A stretch of DNA of 64,000 nucleotides from positions 452,322 through 516,321 of the forward strand of contig QPMI01000040.1 of NCBI GenBank assembly GCA_004431415.1, given 5' to 3'. The stretch comes from Cyanophora paradoxa CCMP329. Lineage: Eukaryota; Plantae; Glaucophyta. Below are positions 11,301 through 21,346 of the stretch, piece after piece (the first letter of the stretch is position 1; each line of letters opens with the position of its first letter). Position numbers and translations under genes: made by a program. The notes beneath the pieces are model-generated. The model did not search any database, was not told where the DNA came from, and saw only the letters and a program-made list of their open reading frames with translations.

Positions 11301-13102
11301 GGTGTAGTCGAGGCGGCCCTTCTCCAAGCCGCCCTTGGCCTGCGCGCCGCCCGGCTCGGCCCCGCCCAGCCGGGGTACGGAGTACATGGTACGGGTACGC
11401 ACGTCCTGGATGGATTTCAAGAGGCCCGGGGAGAGGGAGCCCGTGGCCTGCAGGCGGATGTAGAGGGGGTGCAGAGCGAACGAAGAGATCGCGCTGCGGT
11501 GCGTATCCACCCCGAGTGAGGCGCGGCGGGGCGGCTCGGGCGCAACGCGGCCGCTCTCGCCTGTAAGGAGATGCGTCGTGCCTGGGGCCGGGCCGGCGGG
11601 AGTCAGACGCGCGAGGCGGGCCCAGCTCGCAGACGAGGGGGGCGGGGGGTACCAGTCGTGGAAGTTGGTGGTGTCGTTGACGGGGAGGATCTTCGGGAGG
11701 GGGTGTAAGACGGGGGTACGAGGGGCGGGGAGGGGGTACAGGGCGCGGCGTCAGCGGACCTGAACGAGCTTCAGGCCTGCGGAGAGAAGAGAATCAGGGG
11801 CGCACAAAGGGGCGAGGGGGCGCGCGTGGGAGGGGCGCGGAGGCGGCGCGGCGGAGGGCGGACCGGCGTCGCGGCACCAGTCGGCGAGGAGCTGGAGGTC
11901 GGGGAACTCGCCGATGCCGCACGAGGCGCGGGAGCGCAGCGCGAAGACGGGCGCGGCCACGCCGGCCGCGCGCCACGCCGCCGCCCGCGCGTTCCGCAGC
12001 GAGTCGTAGTGCACGACCGCCGCGGAGGCGGCGAAGGCTGAGAGGTCCGAGAAAGGGTCGGCGGAGGCGGCGGGGGCGGGGGCGCCGGAGAGGGAGAGGG
12101 CGGCTAGGGCCGCCTCGGGGCCGCCGGGGCCGGCGCAGAGGCGCTTGAGGACGGCGAGGGACTCGCCGAGGCGCCCGGCGGTGATCTGCCGGTTCGGGTC
12201 CGCCTCCCACGTCACGTCCTTGCGATCGGGCCCGGCGAGGATAAACTTGTACTCCAGCGGGGCCGCCAAGTCGGCCTGCTCGGGCAGCAGTCAGGGGCGG
12301 GCCGGGGCGGCGGCGGCGGCGACGACGACGGCGACGCGGAGAGATTTGATCGCGCGCCTTGCGAAGGAGGAGGTCGGCGTGCCACACGTGCGAGTCCGGG
12401 TCGCAGCTGCGCGAGCGAGCGAGCTCGGCGGGCGTCGCGGCGGGCGTCGCGGCTGAGCGGCCGGGAGGGGCGCGCGGACCTGAGCGCCACAGCGTTGGCG
12501 GGCTGCCACTTGCCGAGCAGCGGCGAGGAGCCGACGGCGAAGACGCGGCGCCCCTGCAGCGTCGTGGCGTTCGCGGGGGCGGAGACGGCGAGCCGCACGA
12601 GCACGGCGCCCTCCGCGCCGCCCTCCGCGCCCACGAGCGGGATCTCCGTGCGCTCCACAGGCGGGAACTTCACGCCGAGGACCGCCTCCATCAGCTCGTT
12701 CTGGAACGCCTCCGGCAGCTCCGCGCTCGCCGCCCTGCTCGTGTACACGTCCTCCACGATGACGTTGCGCTCCGCAAGCCGCCCGAGGAATGTTGCAGCA
12801 GCCCGCGTCGTGCCTGCGCGCCCGCGCGGCCGGGGAGGGCCGGGCCACCGTCAGATTCAAGTCGCGTACGTGCTGGTCAGACGGGCCGGACCTCGCTCGG
12901 CGGCGCCTGAAGCCGAGCGCACGCGAAGCTCGTAAGCAGCTCCATCCTCCGGGAGCTTGGCGAGAAAGGCCGGTGTGCCCTTCCCAGTCGGGAGCGACTC
13001 AAGGGGCGAGTCGCCGCCGACGACCGCGCAGAGCGTGTCGCCCTCCTGTAAGTTTGTCGGCAAGGGCGCCTTGACGAAGATCTGCCTGGACGCCTTCGTC
13101 AT
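8394..13102 (-). CDS. DPE2: 4-alpha-glucanotransferase (GH77, DPE2 type) with N-terminal CBM20 domain(s); about 27 exons
   Basis: Hand-spliced protein contains CBM20 (VFAVGSSPLLGKWQP..LEYKFIL..VTWEADPNR) and GH77 motifs WRAAGVAAPVFALRS..GIGEFPDL, LVQILPVNDT..SPYSAISSFALHPLYI, LKGDLPIGV, GAPPD..GQQWGLPTYDW, YRIDHVLGFFRIYE, AEDLG, STHD, PIQD, EQINAP..NWAFR. ATG at 13102, TGA at 8394-8396. Confidence 0.93.
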
Positions 13103-13760
13103 GGTTGTTTTCCACGTCAGAAGGATCAAGCCGCGGGCTTGTACCCCTTTCAGAGCGGCTAGATGCCCCGCCGGCTAGATGCCCGGCGGCCGGGCCGCTT
13201 TCTGCGAGCTTTCCACCTCGCGGGGACGCTGCCAGGCCGCAATCGCAGGAGAAATTGCTGATGCAACCCTGCAGGCCCCCGGCCTAGTGCACACGTTGCC
13301 TAGTTGGGATCACGGAAGGAGTGAACAGGACCCGGGGGTTCTATTCCGCCGCCCGACCAAACGGGTTTATTTAGACAGGGAAAAGGAAGCTCGCCTCAGA
13401 CGGAAGGAGATACTTGCCCCGGCCTGTGCTAGCGCTATTCCCGTTTCAGAGAGTCTAAGGTGTGGAAGGAATTGCAATCCCCGTGAGGCCAGGGCGTGCA
13501 CGGCGGGCGGTAGAGAAGCGTAAGAAAGAAAGCCCTCATTCATAGAGACAGGTGCGGACATGGGCATATGGGCAGGGCCTGGTGATGCCCCGCGTGATCC
13601 TGAGGCCCCTAGTCCAGGTGCGGTTGCTCAGCTCCAACGGGCGGCAGCCGGTGCTAGCTGCTCCAATCCGCCGAGACGGCGCTAAGTTTGCGAGCTGCGT
13701 TGCTGTCCGGCTGACCATCCCGCTCGCGCACGCCGGTGCTGGCCGGCGAGCCGAGTGCGC

Positions 13761-14269
13761 TTAGTAGAAGAAGCCGAGGATCTTGCCGCCGGTGTGCTTC
13801 CGGCGCGCCTCCTCGTGATCAATGATGCCGTAGGAGGTGGTGAGCACAAGCACGCCGAACTGGCGGGACGGCAGGAGGTTGCCAGTCCACTTCTCCATAT
13901 CGGTGGCCTTCAGGTCGAAGCGGGGGCTGATCACGCCGGCCTTGTTGATGCGGCCAACGAGCTCGACCACGATCTTGCCAGAGCGGTGGTCATCGACAAT
14001 CTCGAACTCGCCGATGTAGCCTGGGCGAGGGCGAAGGCGGGCATGGTTAGCGACGGCCGGCGAGCGCTTCCGCGCTATGCTGCTGCGGCCTAGCTTGTGA
14101 AGACTCTCTTTAAACGCATCCTGCGACGCGGCGCACCGTGCTTCTGCATGACCTGAAGGAACTTGATCACGACCTTGGAGCTCGGCCGGATCATGACCTG
14201 GCGCTTGCCGCGCCGCTCCGCATTGACGATCGCGTTGAGGGCGTCGTTGAGCACGCTAACCCGCACCAT
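13761..14269 (-). CDS. RPS15A: 40S ribosomal protein S15a (uS8), 130 aa, two exons (14269-14137, 14020-13761)
   Basis: [79 protein letters not shown]; 116-nt GTGCGC..CTAAC..CAG intron at 14021-14136. Confidence 0.98.
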
Positions 14270-14467
14270 TTTCTGCGCGATGGCCGACACGTTAAAAGGG
14301 CGTCGCTGACGACACAGCCTGCTTCTAGAGCTCGCGTTTTGCTAGCAGCCCGGTCGCCGCCGCACTAATCCCTCGGGAACCCGCCTGCCAACGCGATCGC
14401 TGACCTGAGAGCTTTGGTGGCCTACCCCCCCAGGGCTTGCCCCCCACGCAAAGGAAGTTGGCTCGAA
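14270..14467. promoter_or_regulatory. Probable bidirectional promoter between RPS15A and the ankyrin gene
   Basis: Head-to-head start codons at 14269 (-) and 14468 (+), about 200 bp apart; no specific elements identified. Confidence 0.5.
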
Positions 14468-16213
14468 ATGGAATCCGGCTCGGCAGAGGACGGGCAGCTG
14501 GCCGCGGCGGCGGTACCCTTCAGTGCGCCAGGCCGTCTTGAATCCGCGCCAGCGCGCCTCGCTGCTGATCCGCCCCGGCCGCGCTCGGCCGGCTCCTCGC
14601 AGTGACCGCCGTGAAGGAGAACAGGATAGATGAGATCAAGAAGCAGCTACAGGAGGCGGCCGACGTCGAACAGCTAGTCCTGCAGGTCGACGAGAAGCGG
14701 TGCGCCTTCGAGCCACCCCCACGCAGGCGGACGCTCTTGCTAAGCTTCCGAGCGCGCGCAGGTGGACGCCCTTGCATCATGCGTGCGCTCGGGTCCCTCG
14801 CCGCGCCGTCCCGGGCCTTAGCTAACCCGATCCCGCCCCCAGAGCATCGAATGGCTTTGAGCGCGCGTGCGAGGTGCCCACCGCGCTGAAGCAGCGCTGC
14901 CCCGGTCGCGCGCTCATCGCGCCGCGCAGTACCTGATCCAGTACAAGGCGGACGTGAACGCGAGGAACGCGGTGGGCGACGCGCCGCTGCACTGGGCCGC
15001 CTTCCACGGCCACGACGCGGCGTGCTGGCTGCTGCTGGCGAACGGCGCGGACATCAACGCGAAGGGCAACCTCGGGAACACGCCCCTACACCTCGCAGCG
15101 TCCGCGGGGCACGGCCGGGTCCGCCCCGGCCCCGGCCCCGGCCTCCGCCCCGGCCCCAGCCCGGGGCCGAGACCCGCCCCGCCCCGCCCGCAGGTGGTGG
15201 AGCTGTTGCTCTCCTACGGACCCGACATCCACATCAAGAACGGGTACGGCAACACGGCCCTTATGCTGGCCACCCACGGCTCCGTCATCCACGTCCTGAA
15301 GTGTACGCCGCCCCGGCCTGCCCCCCCCCCCGACCCCGCCGACCGCGTACCCCCCCGGCAGTCGCGTTCACGGCGAAGCACTGCAAGGTCTGCGAGAAGC
15401 CGTACACGGCCCAGTTCCCCAGGGTGCCCGCCTGCCCCCCCGCCTCCCCCCGCCGCCTCCGGGTACGGATGCTGATGCCGGGGGGTTCGCCCTCAGATGG
15501 CGTGCAAGTTCTGCCACGAGATGTTCTGCGACAAGTGCACAGTGAAGGAGCTGCTCCCCGAGCGCGAACGAAGGTGCTTCCCTCCTCCTCGTCTGTCTGT
15601 CTGTGTGAAGCCTTCGGCGCGGGGCGGCGGGCGTGACGCGCGCGCCTGCAGGTGGCCGCTGAGGACGTGCAAGGAGTGCCTGGGGCGCGTGCGGGAGGAG
15701 ATAGCGCGGGAGCTCGAGGAGCGCCGCAAGCGCGAGGAGGAGGAGCGCAAGCGGAGGGAGGAGGAGGAGCGCGTCCGCAGGGAGCGCGACGAGCAGGTGC
15801 GGGAGGGAGCGGGAGGGGGGTACAGAGAGGAATTGCGGACGCCCATCTAACGCGCGGCGGGCGCAGGAGCGGAGGGAGATCGAAGAGGAGAACAGGATCA
15901 AGAGGGAGAAGGAGGAGGAGGAGCGACGAATCCGCGAGGAGGAGGAGCGCAAGAAGAAGGAGGAGGAAGGTGAGGCCCCCCCCCCCCCCCATCCCTTCTT
16001 CGCCAGCGTACCCCCCCTGAGCGCCGCTGACCGGTCCCGGCAGAGCGGTTACGGCTCATGGAGGAAGAGCGGCTGAGGTTGGAGGAAGAGGATCGGAAGA
16101 AGAAGGCGCGCCTGTACCCCCTCGAATCTGCACCCCCCCGCGCCATGGCGAACGACTGACCGCGCCCCGCCGAGCAGAAGAAGAAGAAGGGCAAGGGCAA
16201 GGGGAAGAAGTAG
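14468..16213 (+). CDS. Ankyrin-repeat protein with FYVE-like 8-Cys zinc finger and E/R/K-rich C-terminal helix
   Basis: Spliced product: WTPLHHAASNG, GDAPLHWAAFHGH, GNTPLHLAASAGH, GNTALMLA; CKVC..CKFCHEMFCDKC..RTCKEC; EERRKREEEERKRREEEER; ends KKKKGKGKGKK, TAG at 16211-16213. Confidence 0.88.
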
Positions 16214-17670
16214 GGCCGCGGCTCCTCGTCGTAGATAGGCGCAGTGCGGGATTAGCTATCGTAGAACTATCGTAGAATGGAGTTCGGACCCGAATTGGGG
16301 GTGCAGCGGCGCGTGCCCGACGACCCGCGTTGCCAAGTTGGGCGCGGCGGACTCATGCCATGCCTTGGTGATGAGCTCGAGTCAGCGCCTCAGCCTGGCA
16401 GTGGCCGGCGCCACTGACGTCGACAGCCGGCGCCTGCGGCCGCGCGCGGCGCCGGCCGCCAGGCGCCGCGGCGCGATCGCGAGCCCAGCGGCCTCGAGCT
16501 CGGCGACGGCTCGCGCGGCCGCCGGCGACGGCGCGCGCGGCCGCCGACGCCGGCGCTCCGAGGCTCAGTACTACTAGGCTAGTACCGTAGTACCACGGTC
16601 CAACGATCATGATCATGATCAGGCCCTGACTCATATGCATGTGCATCATGGCCGGCGCCTACGCGTGATCAGTGAGGTGCGCTGTCGGCGACGGCAGCTC
16701 CGACGCGTACTACGGTACTATGGCCCTGCATGCGCAGCTGATTTCGAGGCGCCCGGCTCGCGCGCGCCGCGGCGCTCCGCCGGGCCGGATATCGATCCAA
16801 TTGCAAGGCCGGCGCCGGCGCTGCAGCTGAGGCTCGCGCGCGCCGCGGCGCTGGCCATACACGTGCATGCGCAGCCAGGCTGGCAAAGTTCCGTCAAATC
16901 GAAGAAAAGTTGCTGCCAGCGACGTCCAGCGCTAGCTGAGACGTGTCGGCGCCGTTGCAGCTGCAGCGTGTCGGAGCAGAACGCGTACTGTCCGGCGGCG
17001 GCTGACGTCCGCGTGCCGAGCGCTAGCGCTAGCCGCTGAGCATCGGCGTCGAAACCGGCAAAGCCGAAAGCTCGGGTTCGAATCAGTCTGGTCTCATTTC
17101 CCTGAGAGCTTTTTCGGGCTCAGCATCTGACAGCTTGCAGAGGCGAAGCACGCACGCAGGCCGGCTTCCCAGCAGCTCAGCAGGAGTTAAGCAGGCGGTC
17201 TGAGACTTTAGCGTCGTTTTGGGCAGCCCGCGTGCGCGGCGGTAGCTGGTAGGGCGCAACTTTAGCGCGCGCCAGGCCGTGGGCCGGCGTTGAAGGGAGA
17301 ACGCCCCGGTTATATAGCTTAGACATAGCAGCTATGTTCTGGAGTGCAGATGCGACGGTCCCTGGCGATCCCAGCCTACCACGTCCCCTTCCGCCTCCGA
17401 ACGCAAAGAGGTCAACTTGCAGCGCGCTTCGGCCGCTTCGCTTGCCAACCACGCAGCGCAGAGCGCCTCCGAAGCCCGCCAGAGGGGAGCGCGACATGCC
17501 ACAGGACCACTGGACGATAGGTGATCATGCCGTGGATAACACCCGCGCGCGTGCTCTGACTCCACGCAGACGAGTGGACGGCGGCACCCGTCCCCAAGCC
17601 GCGCGCGAAGAAGGGTCCGGGAGGACGCGGCAGCCCGTCGCGCTCGCAGGGCTACTCACCCAAGTCGTCA

Positions 17671-20600
17671 ATGGAGCACCTGCCCGCGATTGAGCAGCGC
17701 CCGGGGACTTCCGGATCGGGGACCAGCAGCCACAGGAAGATGATGGAAGCCACGCAGTCTTCCCAGGAGCTGTCGCACGCGCAGTTCGACACGCAGCCGG
17801 CGCCGCGGGGCCAGCAGCACCTGTCGGGCGTCGCCGGCGTGAGGCGCATGGCGCGGGAGAAGCGGAAGGAGGAGGAGCGCAAGAAGCTGCTGCGCGAGGT
17901 CGGCTGGAACAGCGGCGCGCCGGTCGTCGAGCGCATCATCCCGCCGTGCGCCCCCGCCCGCTCCCGCGCCGCCTCTCTCCGCCCCCCGCCGACCGCCCCG
18001 CAGGTACGACGCGCGCAACGATCCGTACCTTCCGCGCGCGTATCGCCTCCGGGTGCGCTCGCCTGGCGCCCGCCCGCCCGCCCGCCCGCCCGCCCGCCCC
18101 GCCCCGCCCTGAGAGCGCCCCCGCGCAGCTGCGGCAGCTGCAGCTCCCGATGTCGCCGGAGGAGTCAGTGATGGTGCACCACCTGTACACCGTGGCCTCG
18201 TCCGAGGCGGCGAAGCAGAAGGCGCGGGTCGGCGAGAAGCTGAAGGAGGGGGACGCCCGGGGCCGCAAGAAGGTGCCGGCCGGCCTGCCTGCCGCTCCCG
18301 CTCGGGGCTCACCGACGCGCCTGCGCGCCGCGCGGCAGCAGGACCACTCGACGTCCTCGCCGGGCAAGTCGTTCCCAGCGGCGAACAACTCCCCGCCGCA
18401 CGGCCGCGGCACCCGCTCGCTGCCCGCCCTCCCGCCCGCAGAGGGCCGCAAGGCCCGCCCCCCGCCCGGCCCGGCCCCTTCGAAACCGTCTCTGAAGCGC
18501 GCGCGCAGGCGAGGCAGGGGCCGCCGCAGGACGAAGGCAAGTCGGCGCACGAGTTGCTGGAGGACCTTCTCCGCGAGGTGGACGAGGCGGAGGCGCCGGC
18601 TTCTCCGGCTCCGGCGGCAGCGGCAACGGCGGCGGGCCCGACGGCAGCGGAGGCGGCCGAGGAGGCCGGGCTGACCGAGGAGGAGCTGAACCGGCGGCTG
18701 GCGAAGCTGCAGGCGCGGTTCCGGGGCATCAAGACCCGGAAGGAGTTGGAGGAGCGGGGGGTCCTCCCCCGCCGCGTCTCGCCCGAGGCCGAGGGCGCCG
18801 AGGTCGCAGCCGCGGAGGCCCAGGCGCGCGCCGAGGAGGAGCGCGCGCGGGACGAGATGAAGGAAGAGGCGCGGGCCATCCGCGGCGAGTACGACGCCGG
18901 CGCCATCGAGAGCGACGAGCTGAACAGGCGGCTCGCCAAGCTCCAGGCGCGGTACAGGGGCTACAAGGCCCGCAAGGACCTGGAGGAGCGGGGGATCGTC
19001 GTCGCGCCGCGGCGGGCATCCGTGGGCGAGGCGGAGCGCGCCGGCATCGCGGCGGACGCGCGGGCGCTGCACGAGGAGGCCAAGGCCGGCGACGTCGACG
19101 ACGCGGAGCTCGGCAGGCGGCTGGCGAAGCTGCAGGCGCGGTACAGGGGCTACAAGACGCGCAAGGAGCTCGAGGGACGGGGCATGCTCCCCAAGTCGCG
19201 CGAGCGGTCCGAGCCGGGGACGGCGGAGCCTCCGGGAGCGGCCGCGCCGGCGGCGCCGGCGCAGGAAGCCGACCCGAAGAAGGTGGAGAGGGGCGTGGCG
19301 AAGCTGCAGGCGATGTACAGGGGCCAGAAGGCCCGCGAGCAGGTGCCGCCGAACCCCCCAACTCAATCGCCTTTTGCTCTTGCGCCCCTCTGAGGCGACC
19401 CTTCCTTCCTTCGCCGCAGGTGCGCAAGAAGCGGGCGGAGGTCAAGCGCGCCAGGGCGCCCCCGCCGAAGCCGCCCGGCTTCGCCCTCGTCATCGACAAG
19501 GTGCCCCCCGAGGGCTGGAAGGTGCGGCCGCGCTCGCTTCCCCCGGCGGCGTGTCCGCCCGCTCCGTCGAACGCGAAGTCCGACCCCCTCTCCCCCCGCC
19601 CCGCAGGAGCCCGAAAAGGTGGACAAGCAGACGCAGGAGAAGCTCGCCAAGAAGATCCAGGCCCTCTACAGGTGGGGAATTCCCGATTCTCTAAGCTTGC
19701 GAGCTCCGCTCTCTCGCTGAGCTAGCTGACTAACGAGCCGGGCGCCCGGCAGGGGCCACCACACGCGCGCCAAGCTCGGCAAGGGCCCGCGCAGCCGCGC
19801 CGGGAGCGAGGCCTCGACCCAGGCGGAGCCGGCGGCGGCGGCCGCAGCGGCCGCCGCTGCGGCGGAGCTGGCGACGGCGACGCCCTCCCAGGCGCGTCGG
19901 GCCGGCCCCTCTCCGACTCACCTGAGTCTGAGCCGCCGCCGCCCTCGCAGCGCGGGGACTCGGCGACGAGCGGGGAGGACCTGGACAACGTCGACCTGGC
20001 GCCGCAGCCGCAGGCGGCGCCGGCGCGGCCGCAGCTGAAGCTGAACCTCGGCGGGTCCGCCGCGCCGGCGCCGGCCCCGGAGGCCCGCGACAAGTCGGCT
20101 GCCAAGGTCCAAGGTGCGCGCGGCGCCGGCCGGCCTGCCGCCCCCGCCGTAAGAAGGCGCCGCCTAACCCAACCGGCGGGCGGGCAGCGATGTTCCGGGG
20201 AGCGAAGACGCGCAAGGAGCTGGGCGCGCGCGGGCTCAAGACCGTCACGCCGCACCAGGCGCACGAGCGGCTCAAGCTCGACATCGCCGGTTCGCCCGCC
20301 CCACCACCGTCCCCTCCCTCCTCCCCGCCCTCCTTCTCACGCCGCCGGGGCGGGCGGGCGAGCAGCGGTGAAGCGGGCGGAGGAGGAGGTCGTCGAACCG
20401 CGCCACGCAGAGGCCGACCTCGACGACGTCCCCCTCGCCGGTTCGAATCCTCCTGGCGCTGTTTCGCCTCTGGCGCTCCGGCGCTAACGCGGCCCGGCCG
20501 CCGCAGCGCCCGCCGAGTCGGTCAGCATGAAGAACAAGAAGGGCATCAAGCTCGACCTCAAGTCGCCCTCCATGAAGAGGCCCAAGAGCTCGAAGGAGCT

Positions 20601-21314
20601 GATGGAGGACCGGTGCGGCACGCGCGCGAGCAGATAGATAGCTTCGCAGCTGCCGCCTGCCTGCCTGCCGTGCCCGGCGCTCGATCAGCCCGCTCACTGA
20701 CGGCCGGCGCGAGCAGCGGGGCGCACAGCGAGGCCGAGGGGCACGACCTCGATGACGTCGACCTCGTGCCCTCCGAGGGTGCGCGCGCTGCGCCGGGCCG
20801 CCCCGGGCGCTCCAGGACCGTGCAGCCCTGACGCCCGCCCGCCCGCCCGCTCGGTCGCAGAGGTCGTCGCGGCGTCCGTGAGCGTGAAGAACAAGAAGGG
20901 TATCAAGCTGGACCTCAAGTCGCCCTCCATGAAGAAGCCCAAGAGCTCGAAGGAGCTCCTCGAGGACCGGTGCGCGCCGCCGCCTCCTCCTCCACGCGCG
21001 CGCGCGGCTCACTCACTCGCGGGGCCAGCGCCGCGCACGACGACGAGGGGCGCGAGCTGGACGAGGTGGATCTGGCCGAGGGCGAGGGCGACGCTCCCAA
21101 GAAGAAGCTGGCCCTGAAGGCACCCGCCCCCCCCGCCCTCCCTTCGCGTCGCGCACGCCCTGACCGGCGCTCTGCAGCTGGACCTGCGGTCGGCGTCGAT
21201 GAAGCACCCGCCCGTGAGCGTCGGGGAGCTCATCGAGGACCGCGACGCCGCCCACGGGTGCTTTGCTTCTGCTTTCTTTCTGTCTTCTTCTGCTCGCGCT
21301 CAAGCGGCCGGGCA

Positions 21315-21346
<32 letters not shown>

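Noticed and set aside
13410-13560. U1 snRNA-like words: ATACTTGCC at 13410 (would pair with GC donors) and GGA-ATTGCAA-TCC about 60 nt downstream
   Set aside because: No U1-70K loop (GATCACGAAG), no Sm site and no convincing cloverleaf, so probably chance. An Infernal search with the Rfam U1 model would settle it.
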